From Clostridia bacterium (GTDB lineage Bacteria; Bacillota; Clostridia; Acetivibrionales; DSM-27016): a stretch of DNA of 32,000 nucleotides. Position 1 is the first letter of the stretch. Every line of letters begins with the position of its first letter. The translations under genes were made by a program, and so were the position numbers. The stretch is from NCBI GenBank assembly GCA_026414765.1, contig JAOAIJ010000016.1, positions 6,786 through 38,785 of the forward strand, written 5' to 3'. This document shows, one piece after another, positions 7,680 through 15,580 of the stretch. Under the pieces are notes generated by a model. The model was given only the letters and a program-made list of their open reading frames with translations. It did no database searches and had not been told where the DNA came from.

Positions 7680-7907
7680 AAGCATCCTGACACCATTAAC
7701 AATGTTTTGAAGGGTTTGCAGGAGAAGGGTATAATTAAGCTTGTCGGCAAACGTCCAAAATATATTGTCCTCAATCCATTGTTATTCTACCGTGGGAGTG
7801 CAGGAAAGCGTATAGCTGAGTATAATGAATATGAAAAACTTACTGCTAGACCAACAGCAGAGGTTGAAGAAAAAGGATTGCATAATGGAACAGAATACCT
7901 CCATTAA
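7680..7907 (+). pseudogene. 3' fragment of the same rep-like gene as 3869..4269
   Basis: Reads KHPDTINNVLKGLQEKGIIKLVGKRPKYIVLNPLLFYRGSAGKRIAEYNEYEKL. The DNA aligns with 4066-4225. An in-frame TAG at 7677-7679 sits where element 1 has TGG (GGCTAGAAG versus GGCTGGAAG). Homology stops at about 7665, just after the kinase gene. Confidence 0.55.
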
Positions 7908-7913
7908 TAATTA

Positions 7914-7944
7914 GGCGTTGAGTGCGTATACTCTCGCCTTTTTT
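7914..7944 (+). terminator. Rho-independent terminator, homolog of 4299-4329
   Basis: GGCGTTGAGTGCGTATACTCTCGCC followed by TTTTTT. Confidence 0.55.
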
Positions 7945-8042
7945 ATTCCGACCGCTCGTGCTTAAGCTGTACGTATACTCATTTTTGAGTAATAGGGGAA
8001 AGAATGCCAAAATAAAGTCTGCAAACCCAGTAATAGTCCATA

Positions 8043-8102
8043 GTGACAAATCCGTCCCTTTGAGGTGACAAAACTGTCCCTACGTGGTGACAATTCTGTC
8101 CC
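8043..8102 (+). repeat. Relic iterons: three degenerate 22-bp units related to 3293-3467
   Basis: GTGACAAATCCGTCCCTTTGAG / GTGACAAAACTGTCCCTACGTG / GTGACAATTCTGTCCC, followed by the same ATTAACTATAACCATATAACTATA tail as at 3468-3491. A further degenerate pair lies at 8292-8329 (GGGACAAATCATCCCTGGCGTG / GTGATAGAATTGTCCC). Confidence 0.7.
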
Positions 8103-8494
8103 ATTAACTATAACCATATAACTATAGCCATTAACAATAACCGTATATATAATATTTTAGAATACTAAATGGATTACATAGAAGCAAAACCGCTAAAATC
8201 CCATGAGGTAAATATCTACCTATCCGTGAGGTGAACACTTATCCATGAGAAACAACAGCAACAAAGTATCATAAACTCTATATAACCACCGGGGACAAAT
8301 CATCCCTGGCGTGGTGATAGAATTGTCCCATCATAAGAACAATGCTATTCTATTGATAAAGATAAAATTATCCTATAGTGAGATAATGTATAATGATTAA
8401 GTCAAAATTTATTGCAAATATTTAATGATTAGCTTAAAATCTAGAGTAATTAATGAGTTATAGTTGTTTATAAAGGTAGGTTAAAATTAAGATT

Positions 8495-9463
8495 ATGAGC
8501 CATTTATTAATATTTTTGCATTTTATTTCATTCACCACAGGCATCGGACTAATAGCCTTGATTTACTATTTCAACAATAGATATAAGAACAAAACTGCAA
8601 GGTGTGTAATTTTAGTTGATATATTTTATACCTTTGTCTTGTTTATGGATACTTTGGATTTATACTTTCGAAAAAATTTTGAGTATTACCCCATAAGTAT
8701 TCATAAAAGCATTACTATTTTATTATATATTTTTAGTATCGTGGGTTTGTATTTTTTTTCATTGACAATACATTATATAACAGACAACCAATTATCAAAG
8801 TCGAAAATGGTGTTTTTTGTATTCTTATTTTTAATATTTGTTGGTGGGGTTGTATGGGAACTTTTTTATACATTCTCACTTATTTCAATCAGTATAACTG
8901 CGAAATTTGTTATTTTTACATTGAATATAATTTTAATCATTAATTTATTGCTAATATTCAGGGGGATAGATAAGATAAAAAAGGAACTAAAACCATTAGT
9001 TCTTTCATGTTCAATTTTTATTTTGTTCTCAATTTTATATTCTTTTCTAATCAATATTTTTAATAATTTACCTCTATTCTTTTACAAGGTTCCGATTTCC
9101 CCAGTCGTGTACTTTTATGTAAATTTAGCCGGAATTATATATGTAAAAAAGTATATCTTTGCAATGAATGAAAATGAAAAACAGGTCAACGATATAGTAG
9201 CTTGTTATGATTATATAAAGCTATATGATTTCAATAAATTAGCAATATCATATGAATTAACTGAAAGAGAATTGGAAATAGTCCGGCACATTGTCGATGG
9301 ACTTAGTAACCAGGATATTGCTAAAAGATTGTTTATATCACCAAATACAGTAAAAAATCACATTTACAACACATATAAAAAAATTGGAATAAAAAACAGA
9401 TTTGAACTTATAAGTTTGCTATCCAAAATGAAATCTGAATCTAAACTTAATAATCAAATATAA
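8495..9463 (+). CDS. Membrane-embedded LuxR/GerE-family transcriptional regulator (polytopic N-terminal domain plus C-terminal HTH)
   Basis: About 6-7 hydrophobic helices in residues 1-215. The C-terminus LTERELEIVRHIVDGLSNQDIAKRLFISPNTVKNHIYNTYKKIGIKNRFELI is a textbook LuxR-type HTH. Confidence 0.8.
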   Translation: MSHLLIFLHFISFTTGIGLIALIYYFNNRYKNKTARCVILVDIFYTFVLFMDTLDLYFRKNFEYYPISIHKSITILLYIFSIVGLYFFSLTIHYITDNQLSKSKMVFFVFLFLIFVGGVVWELFYTFSLISISITAKFVIFTLNIILIINLLLIFRGIDKIKKELKPLVLSCSIFILFSILYSFLINIFNNLPLFFYKVPISPVVYFYVNLAGIIYVKKYIFAMNENEKQVNDIVACYDYIKLYDFNKLAISYELTERELEIVRHIVDGLSNQDIAKRLFISPNTVKNHIYNTYKKIGIKNRFELISLLSKMKSESKLNNQI

Positions 9464-9601
9464 TCAATTTTTTGCAATAGTACTGTATTACTATATGGTT
9501 ATTAACTCAAATAGTAGTGTTTTACTATTGCTTTCTTATGCACGTTTATCTATACTCCAATTAAAAATTTGTTTGAATCATGAATACACGGGGGGATTAT
9601 T

Positions 9602-11065
9602 GTGAGTATAATAAAAAAAACTTTGTTGATTGTGGGAGTCGTACTTATAATATTTTTTACAATTATTATTGTACGGACAATCACTTTTAAATCGAAACAA
9701 ATTAAAGAAGTTAAACCTATTGATATGATTAAATTTAATGATGAGAGAATAATTAATCATATTTCACAAGCTCTGAAGTATAAGACCATATCTTTTACAG
9801 ATGCTACTAAATTCGATTATAATGAATTCGACAAACTAAACGAATATATTGAGCAATCTTTTCCCAATATTCATAAAAACTTAAAAAGAGAAATAGTAAA
9901 TCAGCACAGTCTGCTCTATACTTGGGAGGGTAAAGATCGAACTTTGGAGCCTATTATGTTAACAGCACATACAGATGTTGTTGGTGTAGAGGAAGAAACT
10001 GAAAATGATTGGATTCATTCTCCTTTCTCAGGAGACATTGCAGACGGTAAAATTTGGGGAAGGGGTGCAAGAGATAATAAAAGTCAAGTAACGAGTATTT
10101 TAGAGGCAGTTGAATATTTACTGGGAAATGGTTTCACTCCGAAAAGGACTATTTATATCGCTCTCGGACATGACGAGGAAGTTTTGGGGATAAATGGTGC
10201 AGCAAAGATTGCTGAACTTTTAAAGTCGAGAAAAGTAACCCTCGATTGTGTTATAGACGAGGGTGGTGCTATACAAGACAAAGCTATTCCCGGCATTAAA
10301 GAAAAAGTTGCATTAATAGGTATTGGAGAAAAAGGATATTTAACACTTGAATTATCTGTTAATACAAAAGGCGGTCATTCAAGTTCACCAGTAAAAAGCA
10401 CTTCAGTAGGAATTTTAAGTAATGCCATAGTGTGTTTGGAAAAAAGTAGATTTTCATCATCCTTAATCGGGATAAAACCAATGTTTGAATTTGCTGCACC
10501 AGAGATGAAATTTCCTTACAACATGATAGCGTCTAATTTGTGGGCTACTGGCGGTATTATAAAAAAGATTATGGATACTTCTCCTGAAACAAATGCCAGT
10601 ATTCGGACAACGGGAGTTGTAACAATCTATGGCGGTGGATTTAAAGACAACGTTATACCCTCATATGCCAGTGCAACTATGAATTTTAGAATACTTCCAG
10701 GTGATACTGTGGATAGTGTAATAAAGCATGTAAAAGAAATTATAGATGACTCAAGGGTGAACACAAGCGTTATAGGGTTTAACAATAATCCTCCACCTGT
10801 CTCATCGGTAGAGACAAACAGCTTCAAAAAAATACAAGCATCAATAAAGCAGGTATTTCCTGATACAATAAGTGTGCCATATCTTGTAACTGGTGGTACA
10901 GACTCTAAGCATTATTCCGTCTTAACTCCAAATTTATATAGATTTACTCCATCAATCAAAGAAAAGGACGAAAATTCCCATGGAATTAACGAAAGGATTC
11001 CAATTGATAATTATAAGCAATATATTATGTATTATATTCAAATAATCAAAAACTTTCAAAACTAG
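9602..11065 (+). CDS. Membrane-anchored M20-family metallopeptidase (carboxypeptidase / aminoacylase type)
   Basis: GTG start with a GGGGGGA Shine-Dalgarno. One N-terminal transmembrane helix. M20 motifs LTAHTDVV, GRGARDNKS, GHDEEV and IDEGG. The ending is typical of the family's C-terminal lobe. Confidence 0.85.
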   Translation: MSIIKKTLLIVGVVLIIFFTIIIVRTITFKSKQIKEVKPIDMIKFNDERIINHISQALKYKTISFTDATKFDYNEFDKLNEYIEQSFPNIHKNLKREIVNQHSLLYTWEGKDRTLEPIMLTAHTDVVGVEEETENDWIHSPFSGDIADGKIWGRGARDNKSQVTSILEAVEYLLGNGFTPKRTIYIALGHDEEVLGINGAAKIAELLKSRKVTLDCVIDEGGAIQDKAIPGIKEKVALIGIGEKGYLTLELSVNTKGGHSSSPVKSTSVGILSNAIVCLEKSRFSSSLIGIKPMFEFAAPEMKFPYNMIASNLWATGGIIKKIMDTSPETNASIRTTGVVTIYGGGFKDNVIPSYASATMNFRILPGDTVDSVIKHVKEIIDDSRVNTSVIGFNNNPPPVSSVETNSFKKIQASIKQVFPDTISVPYLVTGGTDSKHYSVLTPNLYRFTPSIKEKDENSHGINERIPIDNYKQYIMYYIQIIKNFQN

Positions 11066-11243
11066 TAGATATACTGAATGGAGCGTCCACACTTTAATTG
11101 GTATATGGCGTATAAGGTTAAGATTTAATAAAAATAATTTGCAAAGTTATATTTTGAGTTATCGGAAGTATACTCGAGGAAAAGAATACCGTTTGGTTGG
11201 CATCACAAAATCGTTAAAAGACGCTTTCTAACGAGGGATAAGA

Positions 11244-11337
11244 AAACTATACAAAAGCGGTAATCATACTGAATGCGTTGACACAGATAACGGTGAAATC
11301 CGCTCATTCTGCGGGTTTGAAAGTTGTTAATGGTCGG
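11244..11337 (+). repeat. Conserved element-end block, copy B (homolog of 6673-6770)
   Basis: AAACTATACAAAAGCGGTAATCA...GCGTTGACACAGATAACGGTGAAATCCGCTCATTCTGCGGGTTTGAAAG... The hairpin is at 11296-11318. Confidence 0.7.
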
Positions 11338-11385
11338 GGCTGCGGATTAGAAGGCTGTACATTCCATCTCTGCTGGGTGCGTCCA
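11338..11385 (+). repeat. Direct repeat copy 3: degenerate tRNA-Arg(ACG) 3' half
   Basis: GGCTGCGGATTAGAAGGCTGTACATTCCATCTCTGCTGGGTGCGTCCA aligns with copies 1 and 2 with about 10 substitutions and one extra base. T-arm pairing is lost. It shares the following AAATGCGAAAACCCT with copy 2, then diverges. Confidence 0.7.
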
Positions 11386-11440
11386 AATGCGAAAACCCTT
11401 GATACTCGACGCCCCTGACAAAACTAAGGAGGATACATTT

Positions 11441-12190
11441 ATGCAGAAGCAAAACAATAAAAACAACGGTGTCAAAATGCTTGCTACTTGTATAGGTGAG
11501 TTTGCAGGCGGTGTTAGAACCGCTTATGACGAGCGTCTTGACAATAAAGCAAAAGCGGAACGACTTGCACAGGAATTTGAGAGAATGCGAAGGGCTGTCA
11601 ACTGTTACAAATTTGTTTGTGTAGAAATGGCAGAGGTGTTTTCGGTGATAGAAAAGGCCGTAGACTGTATCGAAAGGACACAGCCAGAGGAGATTCGGCT
11701 CCCTTTTAATCCTGCTCATTTCGTTGACGGCGAAACCTATTTCTACTACAAACTGAATAAAGCATATGACAGAGAAGAAACACCAATGCAGACGATTCTG
11801 GATACAATTAACAAAGTTTGTTTGGACAGATACAAACAAGGGTTTTCTCCGTTTCTAACTCCACGTGAATGTAAGATTGAAAAATGCATTGGCCATTATA
11901 TTGTAAGTGTCGGTCAAGCAACGCAATTGCCAAATATGCCCCTGAAAAACAAAGGATTAGGGCATCACGTTGGGTTGTTTCACTATGTCGAAGGTAGTGA
12001 CTACGCATATATTAGTTCAAAACAGCCTCAATACTTCACTTATGGCCGAGTGTTCCAATTATTGGATTGTGGCTATTGGGTAAATGTGCGATTGGATTAT
12101 GATGGCTATATTACAACATCGTCTGGGGAACGATATCTTTCGAAAAATTTGCACGGTTGCTACGCAAGAATCTCTGAGGCAGACTTATAA
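11441..12190 (+). CDS. Hypothetical protein upstream of the Rep gene
   Basis: I prefer the internal ATG at 11441, preceded by AAGGAGGA. The ORF-track start at 11387 lies inside the repeat flank. 249 aa, Cys/His/Tyr-rich C-terminal half, no family recognised. Confidence 0.55.
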   Translation: MQKQNNKNNGVKMLATCIGEFAGGVRTAYDERLDNKAKAERLAQEFERMRRAVNCYKFVCVEMAEVFSVIEKAVDCIERTQPEEIRLPFNPAHFVDGETYFYYKLNKAYDREETPMQTILDTINKVCLDRYKQGFSPFLTPRECKIEKCIGHYIVSVGQATQLPNMPLKNKGLGHHVGLFHYVEGSDYAYISSKQPQYFTYGRVFQLLDCGYWVNVRLDYDGYITTSSGERYLSKNLHGCYARISEADL

Positions 12191-12203
12191 GCAGCTTTAC
12201 AGA

Positions 12204-12252
12204 AAGAGGAGCGGAAGTGGAGCGCCTTTGGCGCGTAACTTCCGCCCCTCTT
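12204..12252. repeat. Long GC-rich inverted repeat between the hypothetical gene and rep
   Basis: AAGAGGAGCGGAAGT (12204-12218) pairs with ACTTCCGCCCCTCTT (12238-12252) with one mismatch. An inner GCGCC-TTT-GGCGC stem sits between them. The repeat is followed by TTATTATCTT. Confidence 0.7.
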
Positions 12253-12274
12253 ATTATCTTGATTATACACAAAT

Positions 12275-13240
12275 ATGAATGACCATATAGAGGTTATTCA
12301 TATTGACCGTAAATCGGAAAATCTCCTAAGTTACATAAAACTTAATAAAGAAACCTACGCAGTCATTGACCGTAATACAGGAGAAATCCTTGAAACTAAA
12401 GAGTACAAGCTTAATGAGAACAGGGCACAAAATACATCTGGCTTAAAACGAACTATGAAAAACATCCGCGATTTAATTAATAACAACTTTACAGGTGCAA
12501 ACAATGAGCTTTTCTTAACCCTAACCTATCGCCACACTGATGGTAAGCCAATGACTGACGTAAACAAGGCCTCAAGTGATTTTGAACATTTTATTAAGAG
12601 GTTCCGTCGTAAATGTCGTAAATTCCCTGACATTGAATACATTGCCGTTTTAGAGCCTCAGGAGAGCGGTGCTTGGCATTGGCACTTACTGGTGATGTTT
12701 ACTAATTGGACAAGAGATAGACAAATTAAGATAGATAACAATGCCGTTATTGAGCCACTTTGGAGACACGGTTTTACTAAGACAAAAGCACTAAATAACA
12801 ATGATAATATTGGTGCTTATCTCAGCGCGTATCTTACAAACGTTGAAATCAACGAGCAAAACAAAGACGTTGTTTTTAGTTCTGTGTATAAAAGCGGTGA
12901 GGAAATTGTAATTGCGGAGAAAGAAGTGAAAGGTGAGGCTGGCAAAAAAATAAAAAAGAAATTTATAAAAGGTGGCCGCCTGCATTATTATCCAAGCGGG
13001 ACCAATATATACAGATGCAGTCGAGGTATCAAAAAACCGACACCACAACTTATGATTTACTCCGAAGTTAGAGAAACAATAATTGGAGATAAAGTACCTG
13101 ACTTTGCTCGAACTATCGTAATTGAGGGAGAAATAAACGATGGCGGAATTACGCGAACTCTTAACACCATTACATACGAGCATTACAACCTAAAACGCAA
13201 GACTAAACTACAGACAATATCTTCTCAACCTACAAGCTAA
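12275..13240 (+). CDS. Rolling-circle replication initiator, HUH endonuclease superfamily
   Basis: Motif I FLTLTY (NELFLTLTYRH). The HUH motif WHWHLLV. A two-tyrosine motif Y-LSA-Y (GAYLSAYLTN) with the phiX174-like Y-x3-Y spacing. No obvious Shine-Dalgarno, so the start is uncertain. Confidence 0.7.
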   Translation: MNDHIEVIHIDRKSENLLSYIKLNKETYAVIDRNTGEILETKEYKLNENRAQNTSGLKRTMKNIRDLINNNFTGANNELFLTLTYRHTDGKPMTDVNKASSDFEHFIKRFRRKCRKFPDIEYIAVLEPQESGAWHWHLLVMFTNWTRDRQIKIDNNAVIEPLWRHGFTKTKALNNNDNIGAYLSAYLTNVEINEQNKDVVFSSVYKSGEEIVIAEKEVKGEAGKKIKKKFIKGGRLHYYPSGTNIYRCSRGIKKPTPQLMIYSEVRETIIGDKVPDFARTIVIEGEINDGGITRTLNTITYEHYNLKRKTKLQTISSQPTS

Positions 13241-13370
13241 AATGAGCAGTTACCTTTATAAAAAAGGTAGAAGTTTGCTGGGGTATGGGGGTTGCAGACC
13301 CCCATAATACCTCTGTAAACTCTGTCGTGGAGTAAACATAGCACTAACGAAGATAATGCTTTTACCCTAA

Positions 13371-13973
13371 CTATTCCAGAATATCCGGAGGCTCATTAAC
13401 ATAATCCGGAATATTGTCACGGATATCTCGTAATGACTTTGCTTTCTCAAGCATTTTCATTGTGTCTGAATGAGGTCTCGCATATATGCCGTCCCAAAAA
13501 TATTCATCATATTCCTCTCCTACAGGGAAAGCGAGTACTGGCTCGGTCAAAGAAAACTGAGCGGTTTTCCCATTTGCCTGCCCGCTGGCATCAACTTTAA
13601 TCCAATGGTAGTCAATATATATTGCGTTGTAACAATGAACGGCATAGCCCAACGAGTCATCATTTGCAATCGTCATGCGCTGAAAGCAAAAACCAGTCGG
13701 AATACATTGCGTTCTCAATAACGCCGCAAAAAGATTGGCTTTTGCATGGCATATTCCAGTCTTATTTGCCAATGCTTCGGACGCCCTTGCCGTAATCACT
13801 TTTGCCCCTATTTCGAATGAGTGAGGGATTTCATCTCTTACATACTCGAACGCAATCTTAGCTTTTTCAACATCTGTTTTTATGTTATGAAATAATTCAT
13901 ATGCCTTTTCCGTTATTATCGACGATGAAAAATCAACATATTCATCCTCTGCCAAAAATAATGATAAATCCAT
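13371..13973 (-). CDS. Transglutaminase-like cysteine protease superfamily protein
   Basis: AGAGGT Shine-Dalgarno. Cys motif TGICHAKANLFAALLR, then GYAVHCYNAIYID and WIKVDASG. This fits the Cys-His-Asp triad arrangement of transglutaminase-core proteins. Confidence 0.75.
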   Translation of the reverse strand: MDLSLFLAEDEYVDFSSSIITEKAYELFHNIKTDVEKAKIAFEYVRDEIPHSFEIGAKVITARASEALANKTGICHAKANLFAALLRTQCIPTGFCFQRMTIANDDSLGYAVHCYNAIYIDYHWIKVDASGQANGKTAQFSLTEPVLAFPVGEEYDEYFWDGIYARPHSDTMKMLEKAKSLRDIRDNIPDYVNEPPDILE

Positions 13974-14274
13974 ACCTATACCTCTTTCTCAGATAATATA
14001 AATTTTCTGCACAATACATCTAAATGCATTCAGTTTGCTCATAATCAGATGTTTTGCAACAAATATAACTACCTTAATGAAAGTATAAACTAAACAGTCA
14101 ATATATTCAATCATATTAAACACACAACAAAAAGAGTGGTCAAGGATTAACACCCTAACCACTCTTAACTTTGAAAGAGTGACTCTTTAAACTTGCTAAT
14201 TTCATCTTTGTTATTTTTTGAAGTATAAAAAATCATTATTCTATCGTCTGTTCTACTTACATATGAATGAGACT

Positions 14275-14652
14275 TCAATTGATAGGGAAGTATATATCCA
14301 TATAAGTTACTCCATCAATTTCTATCACTTCTTCAAGCCAATATCGTTCCTTGTGGCAGGATGCTTTATATCCTTTATTATTAACTCATTCGACCAATGT
14401 TTTCCATCCCCTTGGAATAGTGTCAAAAGGGTTTGAGAATGGGTTTGTTATACGCAGCACTGCATACTTGCATCCTTCGACTTTCTTTAAAACCACAGGG
14501 ATATTGAATCCCATCTCAACGAACTCTATGGTATCGATGTATCTCCAACCCTGATATCTAAAATTACTGACCGTATACTCCCTGAAATCAAGGAATGGCA
14601 GAATAGAATGCTCAAAAGTATCTATTCTATCGTCTTTATGGATGCAATCCAC
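14275..14652 (-). pseudogene. GyrI-like / effector-binding-domain gene remnant with an in-frame TGA and a truncated 5' end
   Basis: The reverse strand reads ...RITNPFSNPFDTIPRGWKTLVE-TGA-VNNKGYKASCHKERYWLEEVIEIDGVTYMDIYFPIN-stop. The TGA (14386-14388) is in frame where Trp (TGG) is expected. The N-terminal part runs into the IS256 relic. Confidence 0.45.
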
Positions 14653-14945
14653 TATTCTGTATGTAAAGAAGGAATCGTAGTTAAAAAGGCCGTTTACATA
14701 GCCATAGGCATAGACCTGGAGAGCCAGAAAGATATCTTGGGAATGTGGATTGGAGAGGCTGAAAGCAGCAAGTTTTGGCTCAACATAATGAACGATATGA
14801 AAAATAGGGGTGTCCGTGATATACTAATAGCTTCTGTAGATGGTCTAAGCGGCTTCCCGGAAGCAATTAGAGCTGTAAATCCCCACACTGAAATCCAGAG
14901 GTGTATAGTTCACCAAATCAGAAATTCAACCAGATACATATCCTT
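14620..14945 (+). mobile_element. Internal fragment (about 110 aa) of an IS256-family (Mutator-type) transposase
   Basis: YSIVFMDAIHYSVCKEGIVVKKAVYIAIGIDLESQKDILGMWIGEAESSKFWLNIMNDMKNRGVRDILIASVDGLSGFPEAIRAVNPHTEIQRCIVHQIRNSTRY matches the conserved IS256 transposase core. The N- and C-terminal thirds and the inverted repeats are absent. Confidence 0.8.
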
Positions 14946-15023
14946 CTTCCCGTAACTGTCAAAGACCCGAGTACACACATCGCAATATTGATTGAAATAA
15001 ATCATATCATTCATAAAAGTGAC

Positions 15024-15051
15024 TTGAAAATGAAGCGGTCTTAGCTATAAT
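15024..15051 (+). promoter_or_regulatory. Candidate sigma-A promoter for the 15182 gene
   Basis: TTGAAA (15024-15029), a 16-nt spacer, then TATAAT (15046-15051). The 130-nt leader holds a long-range stem, ATAGCAAGGGCTATTG pairing with CAATAGCCTTTGCTAT. Confidence 0.35.
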
Positions 15052-15181
15052 ATAAAAGATAGGGGGGATGAACTATAAGGAAAAGCAGGAAACATTGTGC
15101 ATAGCAAGGGCTATTGCATATCACTCAAACAGAATATCAATAGCCTTTGCTATCCTAAAGAATAATTTTTAGGAGGGCACA

Positions 15182-15454
15182 ATGGGCTATGTTCACGCTT
15201 TGGAAATTCTGCCCGAAGGATTGATTGAAGAAATCCAACAATATGTTGACGGGCAAGTTATATACATTCCAAAAATAAAATCAAACAGATGTAAGTGGGG
15301 AGAAAAGACAGATACGAAAGCATATTTCAAAGAAAGAAATTTTGAAATATACAATAGTTACAAAAACGGCACGGCTGTTTTTGAACTGTCAGAGAAATAT
15401 TTTTTAACCCCCAAAAGTATTCAACGCATTATACGAAATATGCAATTTTTATGA
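15182..15454 (+). CDS. Small Mor/CD3324-family HTH protein
   Basis: AGGAGG Shine-Dalgarno. The pattern ILPEGLIEEIQQYVDGQVIYIPK...YNSYKNGTAVFELSEKYFLTPKSIQRII is typical of the clostridial CD3324/Mor-like small regulators. Confidence 0.65.
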   Translation: MGYVHALEILPEGLIEEIQQYVDGQVIYIPKIKSNRCKWGEKTDTKAYFKERNFEIYNSYKNGTAVFELSEKYFLTPKSIQRIIRNMQFL

Positions 15455-15455
15455 G

Positions 15456-15493
15456 TAGATGTGCCACTTTGTAAAGTGGCACATCTATTTTTT
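15456..15493 (+). terminator. Strong rho-independent terminator
   Basis: TAGATGTGCCACTTT-GT-AAAGTGGCACATCTA followed by TTTTTT. Confidence 0.9.
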
Positions 15494-15580
15494 ACAACAA
15501 TGTGTGTTCCCCTATTTGAAATTGAAAAGGGTATAATGGATTTGTAAAGATAACAAAGAAAAGGAAAGGGAAAATATCGA

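Noticed and set aside
11327-11839. 170-aa reverse-strand ORF, and the 11387 start of the + strand ORF
   Set aside because: The reverse ORF overlaps the degenerate tRNA repeat and is antisense to a better-supported gene. The 11387 start lies inside the att flank, whereas 11441 has an AAGGAGGA Shine-Dalgarno.
12084-12278. 64-aa ORF bridging the two Rep-module genes
   Set aside because: It is out of frame inside the 11441..12190 gene, and it reads straight through the GC-rich inverted repeat.
14386-14388. In-frame TGA as evidence of stop-codon reassignment or selenocysteine
   Set aside because: It is a single instance in a gene that is also 5'-truncated and sits in a zone full of pseudogenes. 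I saw no SECIS-like hairpin immediately downstream, and Trp is the expected residue. A nonsense mutation is the simplest reading.
14218-14554. ORFs 14218..14436 and 14351..14554 on the + strand
   Set aside because: They lie antisense to the GyrI-like remnant, whose reverse-strand translation has a recognisable domain ending. Neither has a Shine-Dalgarno.
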